This document shows positions 1 to 10,338 of a DNA stretch of 64,000 bases, one piece after another (the first letter of the stretch is position 1; each line of letters opens with the position of its first letter). The translations under genes were made by a program, and so were the position numbers. The stretch comes from Phoronis australis (Eukaryota > Animalia > Phoronida), in assembly GCA_002633005.1 (NCBI GenBank), contig NMRA01000092.1, forward strand, positions 649,170-713,169. The letters are read 5' to 3'. The notes below the pieces were generated by a model, which was given only the letters and a program-made list of their open reading frames with translations, had not been told where the DNA came from and made no database searches.

Positions 1-416
1 GTGTAGACGTTCCACTTAAAAAGTGGAGTAATGGTAATTTGCATTAGTGCAAGTTGTTCCAGTGTAGGCTGTGTGTGGACAAGAGGCATGGGAGACAATA
101 TCCAATGCAATAATCTGCCAGATGGCAGGATGACAGGCAGACTCAGCATGGAGGCTTGATGGAGCAGTTTATTATGTGAATTAACAAAACACTGGTTTAT
201 GAGTTCTTGTAATATTAGCACTCACTTGTGGCACTTAACTCCACATGGTCAGCTAGCTTTGTAGCATCTATTACACAGCTGATTGACTCTCAATTACTAC
301 TTCTGGCTTGCCAATCAATGGTATTAAAGCTGAACTGGGGAAGTGAATCAAGTAAAGTCATTGTAAAAAGAATGGTTATTGATTGTCTTGTAATATTACA
401 TAATATCATGTTTCAG

Positions 417-631
417 GTGACTGTCAACACAAACACCAGACCTCCCAATGCAGGCAGCCAGACTCCATCAGCGGTTGACCTTGGCAATGGCGTGTTCCAG
501 CCAATGGAAGACATGCCTGCCCGACTTGACCTATTCCCAGAGTTCCTGCTTGCTGTGCTTGTTCCAGCCACTGTTGGCGTTTTGTTGGTTCTGGTGCTCA
601 GCTGTCTCTTCTTTGGCTATCAAAACAAAAG
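417..631 (+). CDS. SGCE: alpha/epsilon-sarcoglycan, internal exon with the transmembrane helix (upstream exons lie outside the window)
   Basis: tttcag|GTG...AAAAG|gtctgt. Encodes VTVNT...DLFPEFLLAVLVPATVGVLLVLVLSCLFFGYQNKR. The hydrophobic segment matches the sarcoglycan-type FL.tl.vP...lvL...L TM. Alpha versus epsilon cannot be resolved in an invertebrate. Confidence 0.85.
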
Positions 632-719
632 GTCTGTGTACAAGTTTGATATGTAAATGATAATTCTCCACTTATTTTCCACAAAAATTATTGTCAGAAT
701 TGCCATTTTCCATTTTTTT

Positions 720-1470
720 GCGCCCACACATTTATATGTGGGTGTTGTCGTCATCTCTGTCTGGACGTCCAGCGTACACAGCTCTGTCTCCTAAACCTCT
801 TGCTTGATCTTATTGAAATTTGGCAGTTGTGATCTTAAGCGACTGATGATGAATTTCGGATCGATCCAAATACGGCTGTGCCTCCTATAGTAACAATTTT
901 AGATTTTTAAGTTAATGCCTTTGTATTGTTCGGAGTTCCTTGATGGATTTTCATGAAATTCAGCATATAGGTTTTTAATAAGGTAATGATGCTATTCCAT
1001 TTTCAGATTCGACGGATTTTATGCCACCTCGTGGCCATTTTTATTTTTGCGTCCGTTTTCCGTCTGGCGTTTTTCGCTCTCTATCTACCATACCACTCAT
1101 AGAATCATTATGAAAATTTGCTGATGTGTTCCTGATAAGAAGGTCATGAATGACATTGAGTTTTTGTCAAGTCCGACTACTGTGTTGCTCCCTAGTGGCA
1201 GTTTTGTTTTTTGCTTTTGCGGCCGAGTCTCCTTAACCCTTTGAAAGAGCTTAAGTTGTGAAATTTGAAAGATGTAGTCCTATGGAACTGACACAAACCG
1301 TATTGAATGTCTAACTGATCCAAATACTACTGCGCCCCCTAGTAGCAAAACGTTTTTTGTACATTTTCCTTCCTATCTTCGGAATTCATTTATGTATTTT
1401 CATGGAATTCTGCATATAGGTTTCTATTAAGGAAACGATAAGGCTAGATTTGATTTTTCTGTTTAACCTT
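720..1470. mobile_element. non-autonomous interspersed element with diverged internal ~130-150 bp subrepeats (Helentron/HINE-like architecture)
   Basis: T-run start and gtc-rich head, then a recurring tgaaattt(g/c)gca...tataggttt motif at ~815, 953, 1110, 1259 and 1403. Class is inferred from architecture only. Confidence 0.45.
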
Positions 1471-2143
1471 GTGTGTACATTTAAAAAATTTTGCATATGG
1501 TTTTGACATCTGCAATGTGTGATGGTGAAGCCGCCGTGTTCGTAAGTTATAATTATGCAAGCACATGGGCCTCGGTGAGTAAAACAGATTGTCAAGCTTC
1601 TGGATATTACCGCTATATGTTTGTGAAAAAACTTATTCATTACAAAATGAACACTAATAATTAAGTGAAGATAAAAACACAGGTAGATGATCCCGCACAC
1701 TGAATTGATGCCTTTATTGCCATCTGGTGTTTGAAGGCAGAGGTACTTTTGCTGTTGGCTCAGGATTAGCAATGTCATGTCATGAAAAAATGGGTGGGAA
1801 AGGTGTAACTGAAGAATTTTGCTGATTTATGTTAAAACCCACTGTACTACGGTATGTTAACAGTTTCTCACAAAGCCTTGTTTGTCTTCTACTCTTCATA
1901 TCAATTGTTCGTTTTGGAAAATCTACACACTGTAGAAATTTTTATCTATGAAGTCGATGGTATTTTCCACGTACAGGTCTATGCACTTATATTTGGGGGG
2001 GGGGGGGTGGCTGTTAATGGAACATCCTGGTGCAATGTCCTTGTATACTGATTCATGTTTTCAATAGATCAGTGCTTGTGCGTAAATGTCTGACTTGTGC
2101 AATGTCTGTATTGTGTTATACTCACGCCTAATTATTCTTTCAG

Positions 2144-2170
2144 AGGTGCTCGCGAAAGACAGACTCCAGA
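2144..2170 (+). CDS. SGCE: alpha/epsilon-sarcoglycan, 27-nt exon
   Basis: ttctttcag|A GGT GCT CGC GAA AGA CAG ACT CCA GA|gtaagt, phase 2 at both ends. (R)GARERQTP(D) corresponds to vertebrate SGCE EGVEKRNMQTPD. Confidence 0.82.
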
Positions 2171-2858
2171 GTAAGTGCGTCATATGAAATGATGTAAATA
2201 TAATTCCAGACTACTTACCATACTCTCTGCATTCATATGCTAATCTAGTGGAACCGATTTCAGCAGTCCACTTTCCTTATTTATACTGTCAGCGGAATCA
2301 CTCACTGACTCAATTGACAGTGAGAAACAAACTAAAGGAGTGAAAATGTTATTCACATGCTTGAACGAACACAGACTTAGTGAACCAGTTATTACGACTT
2401 GGACTCTAATTTACTTTCCCTTTGTTTCTTAAAATAGATGTAAAATTACTCATTCTTGAAAATGTATATAGTGTTTGAGATGCATTCCAGTTGACGGGCA
2501 TAGTTGTGCACTGCCGGTTACGAAGAAGTTTTAGTAAAGCTCTATCAATTTAGTGTGTGCATACGAAGGGGGTATCATTAGAACTTTTTGATGTCACATC
2601 AGCTGGCCTTTTCGTAAGAAGCGTCTGGTTGGCTGTATTTCATTGCCGGTATCTCCAAAATTAAGCTTTTTCAGCTTGGTGTAATGTTTATTGCGATCAT
2701 TTCTGCTACCAGTACTGGTGGCTCTGAACCCCAAAGTAACTGCACTTTACAAAGAGAAAGTAGGACATGACCACACAAAGACATTCGGGAATTGAGTTTA
2801 TGTATTCTGCTGGCTGGCTACAATTTTTATGCTGAGCATGTAATGTAGTGGGGTGGGC

Positions 2859-2960
2859 ATATCTTGCCCTGAAAATTATCAGCATCATGCCCTGAAAATT
2901 ATCAGCATCTTGCCCTGAAAATTATCAGCATCTTGCCCTGAAAATTATCAGCATCCTGCC
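2859..2960. repeat. minisatellite, 23-bp unit x ~4
   Basis: (catcttgccctgaaaattatcag)n seen directly. Confidence 0.92.
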
Positions 2961-3244
2961 TAAAATGCAACCGCGTTATTATCATGTGATCTTCATAAAG
3001 CAGTGCTTATAGAGTTTCGGTTTCTTGTAATATCTGTTTTTGCAGAAAAATTTCCAGTGAAATTGGAAATTTCATAGAAAATACATGTGGGTGTTTGAAA
3101 TATCGAAATTGGCCAAAATTTCTTTGTAAGTTGTTTCGGAGTTGTTTTCAGTTGTGTAGGCCAGTGATGATCATAAAGGCAGGTAGTCCTTGTGCTGAAA
3201 TAACACCCAGTAGAAATCATGCAGTATTGCTGATGGCATTACAG

Positions 3245-3406
3245 CTACCAGTTGCAGCAGTATGCATCTGTGCGCTATGCTACTGACAGACTACGCAGCA
3301 TGTCCCAACACCGAGAGAACTCCCCCACACCAGTACAGAGTCATGCTGAAACGGCCTTTCAACCTGACGATGTGTCAACCCCTGCGTCGCTCCATATGAG
3401 ATCAAG
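3245..3406 (+). CDS. SGCE: alpha/epsilon-sarcoglycan, cytoplasmic-domain exon
   Basis: ttacag|C...TCAAG|gtattg. YQLQQYASVRYATDRLRSMSQHRE resembles SGCE [24 protein letters not shown]. Confidence 0.85.
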
Positions 3407-3555
3407 GTATTGGTTTTTTATTAGAGTGTGTTGGTGTGAATGGGTATCTGTATGATTGCCTCTCTATAGTCTTGTGATGTTCAAATACCTACACAGCAGC
3501 GCCATCTTTGTTGTTGTTTCCGTTGTGGGGTTCATTTTACAGGTTTTTAAGGTGA

Positions 3556-3705
3556 TTTTGCACAGTATTTACTATTGACCTGTTGTTGCTTTACACAGTA
3601 TGGCTATGGAGCAAGTATTGTTTTACACAGTACATACTATGGACCAAGTGTTACTTTGCATAGTACATAGTGTTGACCGAGTGTTATTTTGCATAGTATA
3701 TACTA
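3556..3705. repeat. degenerate ~32-bp tandem repeat x ~5
   Basis: Recurring tttgcacagtacatactatggaccaagtgtta-like unit. Confidence 0.7.
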
Positions 3706-4238
3706 AGGATTATTACTCCCTTGGAAGGCTTTACACACGATAGTGAGGTAGTCAGCTGTGCAGGAATGTAATTGTGCGACTTTCATAAACAAACTGCCTA
3801 AACATACCATGGCTTGCAAACCGCAGTATTGGTAACCTCTAGCCTGCTTACGAGCATTGGCGGAAAACAGCGCAACCGCATAGTGTTGGGAGATATTGCC
3901 AGATTGGTTACTAGCATAAACGATCGGTTAAAATGGTCTTGAAACAAAAAAATCACCCACTAAATGTTTTTCTTGCAGTAATGAGTTCTGCATGACCTCG
4001 ATATTAAAGTAGGTCTGTCTTGTTATGGTATTCCTCTGCAGATGTAGAAGGCACGATTTGTCTTGTTTATGTAACCAATTACATAACTTAAAAAATGAGA
4101 AAATAATGAAGAATGTTTTTGATAACTTTTTAACTGTCACATTCATACGTTTTACAAATGCACAACTTCACCTGAGAAATGTACTCCAGTTCATTTTTAC
4201 TGCATTAGCTCATAGTTTGAGTCAGCATGCAATTACCG

Positions 4239-4336
4239 TACTCATCCGGGTTTCCACTCATGTTCAGCATACCGCCCACCCTGTTTTTTTAGATTCCAAT
4301 TTAAGCGCCCTGGGAGCCGGGTAACCCGGATGAGTA
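4239..4336. mobile_element. 98-bp miniature inverted-repeat element
   Basis: Perfect 14-bp terminal inverted repeats tactcatccgggtt / aacccggatgagta. Related internal sequence (cacccacc...ttaagcgc) near 34540-34660 and 47820-47970. Confidence 0.6.
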
Positions 4337-4456
4337 GTGTCCATTGTATTCTAATAAAATTTTACCCATTCGAAACTCACAGGCTGGTGCTTAAAATTTT
4401 GGAACTGCAAAGTGTTGATATGCGTTACGATTGTATTAAGCTCTATTTGTATACAG

Positions 4457-4528
4457 GCATGCCGGAGACAGTGTAGCCCCTCCCCCCTACAGACTACCAC
4501 CCAGTTATTCAGCTAATGTTTCCTTAAG
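4457..4528 (+). CDS. SGCE: sarcoglycan cytoplasmic exon with PPPY and PPSY motifs
   Basis: tatacag|G...TTAAG|gtaggt, 72 nt, phase 2/2. Encodes (R)HAGDSVAPPPYRLPPSYSANVSL(R). Confidence 0.75.
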
Positions 4529-5876
4529 GTAGGTAGTTCAACTCGACGAGCAGTCACCGGTATTCTTTAGAATTTGCTCGCATATAAAAAACAACTCTCC
4601 AAACAGACTTAAGTCGTTTCTAACAATCATGCAACTAGGGCTACCACAGGACTGAAAAATGTGAAATTTTCAAGTAAAATGGACCATTCTCAGACAAAGG
4701 TTTTTTTGAAATTGGCATGAAAGGTCTATGAAAGCAGTTTTTTGTAAATCGAACTCTTAGTAAACAACTATCCTAGTTGGCTTGTGTAAGTTAATACATG
4801 TTAACATAAGGGTTTATATTCTGGGCGTTTTATTACCCCTGTGGATTCTTAATAGCCTGAGCGAAGAATGATGGGCTTTAAGTAGCACAATGTTAGAGCA
4901 AAAACAATAAAATATAGCTCTTCTACATTTCTGGTCTCAAGTTTAGGAGGACACCTTTTGCCAAACGAAGCGAGGAAATTTGAAAGAAGTACCTGCCGTT
5001 TATCACACAAAGAACCTAGATCGTGTAGTAATGGTTTCAACCTTCCAGCCAACACCCTTTTTCAAGCTAGGCCAAATACTGGATATCACTAGATACCACT
5101 TAATTTCACAATCCATAAAAGAACCAGTGCAAACAATTTTGCATTTGTCATCTTTCCCAATTGAAGTGTTTAAGCTGCTATGGTCATTTAGTTTAAGGAC
5201 ATTCTCGATGCATCACGCTTTGATTTCCAATGATCCCAAAATGCATTGTGTTGACATGACCAAGGATTATGGCTTAACGTTCAGGTAGGATCGTATCAAG
5301 AAGTTTGTGTGTCGTAAAATATCTAGAAAACTATAGATTTTAGCTCAGTAAAGGTATATATTATCTAAGAGCAGAAAATCTGTAGAATTTCATTTTTGAC
5401 TTTTGTCATTAATTGGATATCATGTTTAGAATTTACGTTGCCAAATTTGGTAATATTTCGAGGGTCTAACATAACTTAGGCCTGCCCCATGAAGTTGGAG
5501 TCACAACTTGAGCCAGTTGACTTAAACGGACCATAAACCAATGCTTTCTGTTAAAAACCAACATTTGATTTAGTTTATACCATTTAGTTGTAAAATTGGT
5601 TTAATCGTTCAATCTGGTTTCTTAATTCTTACACAAATTAGAAATGATTCCTGCAAGACATTACCTCAGACCAGGTGGATTAGTTTCAGTCAACAAGGCA
5701 GTATGAGTGGTGTGGGAAATCCCAGGCATTTTATTGTAACCAAGTTTAATTCCACCGAAGAACAAGATCGCAATGATCTTCCTTTTGAAAAACCAAACGC
5801 ACTTGTTCAGATTTTTGCTTTTAGACAAGAGTGTGATTGACAGCAGCTGTCAGAAATACCATTATCTTTTTCACAG

Positions 5877-5961
5877 GTCAGAGGATACAGACTTTGGGGA
5901 TCAACGAACAGATGACGACCTTCAACTTGTGCCTGGCAATCGAGGGTCCATGAAGTATTAG
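5877..5961 (+). CDS. SGCE: sarcoglycan terminal coding exon
   Basis: ctttttcacag|G TCA GAG...AAG TAT TAG, phase-compatible. Encodes SEDTDFGDQRTDDDLQLVPGNRGSMKY*. Confidence 0.72.
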
Positions 5962-6753
5962 ACTTGATGAATCTGCCACCAGATGTCATCCCACCTAGTT
6001 AGTACGAAATCTACATTTACTGTATTGGATTATTTATTCGAAATGAGCTGGAGCAGTCGATAGTTGGTGTATGTGGAAAAATATATAAGTTAGTATTACA
6101 ATATCAGTTTTATTCTATACACCATCAGAACCATTCACAAATATATTTACAAAACTATAGTACGATAATTTTTCATTTATTCCGCACTAAAATATTTTCC
6201 AAAATGTCATTTGCCCATTTCGTTTGGAAACAGTCCAAATGTTGGTTCATGACATCCACACAGTACAAACCAAGCTAACAACAGACTTTTGCTAAAAAAA
6301 ATTTGCAAAATAAAAATTCACTTGTCTGCCATACTGTGCGCTAACAAGCTGAAGATTTGCACAAGATTACAGTACGGGACCAAAGTAATCATAAAAATAG
6401 TTTTCGCATCACGATGGCTAATTCTGTTTACAGCAAAAGTTACTGGTAATGGCTGTTAGGGTGGCTCAGACACCTTATTAACTTATTTAACTTTCCTCTT
6501 CACATTTATTGTCACAAGGAAAGGTTACTCTGATGATGAATTCAACTTCCACCCAGCTGCAATGATGAGGAATTGTGGGTCACTTTGTTGGAAATCTTTG
6601 GACTTGTACTGTGGGTGAAGAATTGCTGCACAGATTACGGTATTCAGTCACTTTAGGAAATCCACTGGAGCGTTGCCCATTGAAACTCGCGGTCAAACAA
6701 CTTTTGCATCACTTCTTTAAACCTTCCATAACAACAGCTTATTCAGTACAAGT

Positions 6754-7120
6754 ATAATATGCAGAAAATTATGAGTTATTGCTGAACTTACTCGAGATAA
6801 AAGGGTCGATCTCGGAGATCTGGTCACAGCTTTGACCTTGACAATGTACTAATCCTTGACGAGGAGAAAAAATTGGTTTGAACCGGCAGTCAAGCAGTGT
6901 ATGCACGAAAGAATTGAAATCCATCATTGAATCCAAGAGGAGGCTTGATATCCAACCTATCACACACTTTGGACAGGCTTCAGTTGCCCGCAGATTTTCT
7001 CAACTCCGACCGAATTCACAGGAGGTCACAGAGGCTTGAAAAAGCCAGCAGACGCTGGCGAAACATTGTCTTTTCATCTCAACTAAGTTCAGTAATGGCT
7101 CACAATTTTCTGCATATTGT
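6754..7120. mobile_element. MITE with ~48-bp imperfect TIRs
   Basis: aatatgcagaaaattatgagttattgctgaactta... at 6756-6803, with an imperfect reverse complement at 7070-7118. Confidence 0.65.
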
Positions 7121-8199
7121 AACAGCTTATTCGGCTTTTTAAAAGCAATCTGGTTTATACAAATTACACAGACTTGTAAAATTCAATATTACACCAACAA
7201 AAAATAAAGGTGGGTAAATGTTCTAATCACCACTACCTTAAGCTAGAATTCCTCTACACACACACACACAAACACACACACACATGGTGAAATAAACTAT
7301 TACTTTCAAATAATACTCCATGTATCTTTGCTGCAAAATACGATGCATTGATTCATAATCACAGCAACATTTTGTACGATCAAACGTGTACTGCCAACAA
7401 AATTTGAATTCCCGCTCTCTCCCTAAGTAAATTTCCTGCATTTTTTAAGAAAATGGACACAATTGCGAATTAGCTGGGCAAGTAGTATCATCACACCATC
7501 TGCATCAAAGATTTATTTAGGTACTAAGAGTTCAACAGTCAGTAGTCATTGAGGGATCCCCAAACACATCCCAAAACCAAGAGCTTTGCACACCACATCT
7601 GGTTTTATACAGTAAGATGTTACCCAACAGCTGTATAATAAACATTAAACAACAAACCTTCATTTTTCTTATTTCTCGGAAATGACGATGCAGTACAATG
7701 TCAACAACTGACGACACAGCATGACAGACAGGTGAATTTTTTTCACACAAGCAAAGCAGAACCAAATTAGTGACCTGAAGTTCTTAGTCATAGCTCAAAG
7801 CATGGCAATTTTATTACCGGGGGTACAACAATTTATGTCTGAAGCTTACGAAATTCTATCGTAAGACCCATAACACGGACAAAGGATATAGGACAGCCAT
7901 GTCAATATCAAGTGAAAGATTACAGCTGTATTTAAACTGTAGCTCATGAGTTTCAGTATTGCACAGTCACTCTACAATATTATGAACACAGAAGAGTATC
8001 ATCAACTGAAATCTATCTAAAACAGTGTAGTAAGTAATAATTCCAACATTCAAATCTAAATGTTAGCTATCAATGTAAACAATAATCAGTTATGGCCAGC
8101 ATTATGTTATAATTTACCTTTTTACATTTTACAATAAATATACAACCTTATGACAGCATGCTTTATATCTTGCTGTATAATATACTCTTATTCTATTTA

Positions 8200-8871
8200 A
8201 GCCCATGCGCCCTTCCATGGCACGCCGACTACATACAGAACTAGGCGGCTTGCACCAAACATTTGAGCAAAATCAAGGAATAGAATTCTAAAATATTATG
8301 CGAGTGAGAGTTGATAAATCCATTGCAAAGTCACAGACACAGATGTGCATTCAATTTAACAACACTTAAGGCAGCTCTAAACCAGTCTTTCGGCAAAGAA
8401 ACCAACTTTTGATTTCGATCACTTGATGCTCTTAAACTTGGTCTCATTTTGTTCCATATTCAGATGAGAGATGACAGATGCTCTTGCAAACAACTGACAG
8501 TTTGCTGTTGCTCGAGACCATACTCAACGAACAAAATGGCACACCGTGACGAGTCAGTTTGAAGGGAGCTGGTCTCAAGCAAACTATACATTTTTTCCAA
8601 GCACTCAAATCATGTATTTTGCAACTAAGGAACTACTTGAAACTAATTTCATACACTAAGTGGTCTAAATTAAAAGTTGGTTTTTGTGATGGAAGGTCTT
8701 TTGCTTTTTGAATAGAAAAGGTAAATAAGAATGGATAAAAACATGTGAATAACACCCTGTTTAAGACATGAATACATGCAAGGGACGACCATTTTCCCAT
8801 ATGTGAAAAGCTTAAGTGAAAATATGTCTTTGAAAAAACATACCATTATTTCAAATAAAGGCGCATGGGCC
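8200..8871. mobile_element. MITE, PIF/Harbinger-like termini
   Basis: Ends agcccatgcgcc / ggcgcatgggcc, flanked by tta / taa. Confidence 0.55.
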
Positions 8872-10171
8872 TAATTACCCACATATGCCATAATGATAAA
8901 ATAGACTCTCTATGCAAAGCCTCCAGGTTTCTCACACCCAAATACAGGTGAAACAATCGCGTGTCATAAACAGAAATTTTACAAGTTCTACACCAAGTCA
9001 AACCTGATAACTACCTAAATCCCTCCAAATACAACATGAAATAATTTCTTCATGAACAAGATAAAGGAAAAAGACATATCCGTATAACACAATCGGCTTT
9101 TGAAAAATCAAATCCTTTGACTCAGGTTTAACATGATCAGCATTACTAACTAATACGAAAACCTCACAATCTTCATTTTTAAAGAATATTTTACAGACGC
9201 TATACACCCTGTTCTCAATGAATTGCCAGTTTAGACACTCATCTCTAAATGAGCTCACTTACTGCCGGCCCACAAAACAGCCCTGCGCTTATTCCCTGCA
9301 GAGGTTACAGACGATTTGTGAACTTCAAAAAACCTCATAATACAATATTACTCAGGGGCCTGGGTAAGTGGCATCACTTATGCTGTGTCAGCCCAATGTG
9401 AAACGGACCGATTCCCTGCCACACAAAACCCTGTGTCTAACGACTTTAAAATAAAATAATTTACGAATAAAACGTTGAATCTTCAAAAGTGAGGTATGTA
9501 CAAAAAATACAAAAATTAACCACTGACCTCTTTAAGATCTATCGAAAATTGTTGTTTTGAAAAATAGAAAACCTGTATGGACACTCGCAAAGTTATTGAA
9601 AATTTAAACAAATGACAGAACTTTCAATTCCATCACGTGTACTTTGCATTTAATAGGCCCGCATGTAGAATTTTGAACCCTGTAAGGTTCAGCTATGGGA
9701 AGGAGAGTAGACAAGGTGGGAAGCAAGGCTATCATACTTGTGCTTCAGCAGTAATCACTTACAAGTTTTACATTTTGATAACCAGATTGTCCGTTATTGG
9801 GTGGAGAAAACTGATTCTCAAAATGCGTGATGCCTGCAAGTGACTATCACTATTTTGCACGCGTTTATAAGTAGTTCCGTACAAACACGTCGGTTACACA
9901 TGATTTTGCCATAAGATACAGAACATTAGTTTTCGTGTATCTATAAAAACGTCAATGCCTGTTGCAGAGGTTTTGTTATTTTTGGAGTAGAAATGTTTCT
10001 TCAGGCAGAACTACCCAATACTCCTGTTGTTGATGGACAACCAGTGCCATCTTTAGGCAGCACTGCATTGAACTCCAATTGCTCAATGGATCAGTAATGA
10101 CCCCTTCAGGCATAACTGCAAAGCATTTAGTTCCTGATGGAGTAGCAATGACAACTACAGCCAAAACTATG

Positions 10172-10338
10172 CTACACTCCCGTCTCCATGAAAGAGGCCA
10201 CGTGATCCCCTCGGCGCACTCTGACAATAGTGGTGCCATCTATGTGTGAGATCATCACCTGAGGCTCGTCAGCGAAACTGGAAATAGATGTTGCCGGGCT
10301 TGTCTGTGTTGTCGAGCTTGAACTACACACATTGTTAT
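10172..10338 (-). CDS. INPP5A: INPP5A alternative terminal exon ending in a PDZ-binding motif
   Basis: ttggttctgcag|AT AAC...GGA GTG TAG, phase 1. Encodes (D)NNVCSSSSTTQTSPATSISSFADEPQVMISHIDGTTIVRVRRGDHVASFMETGV*. Frame-compatible with two upstream donors. Confidence 0.65.
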
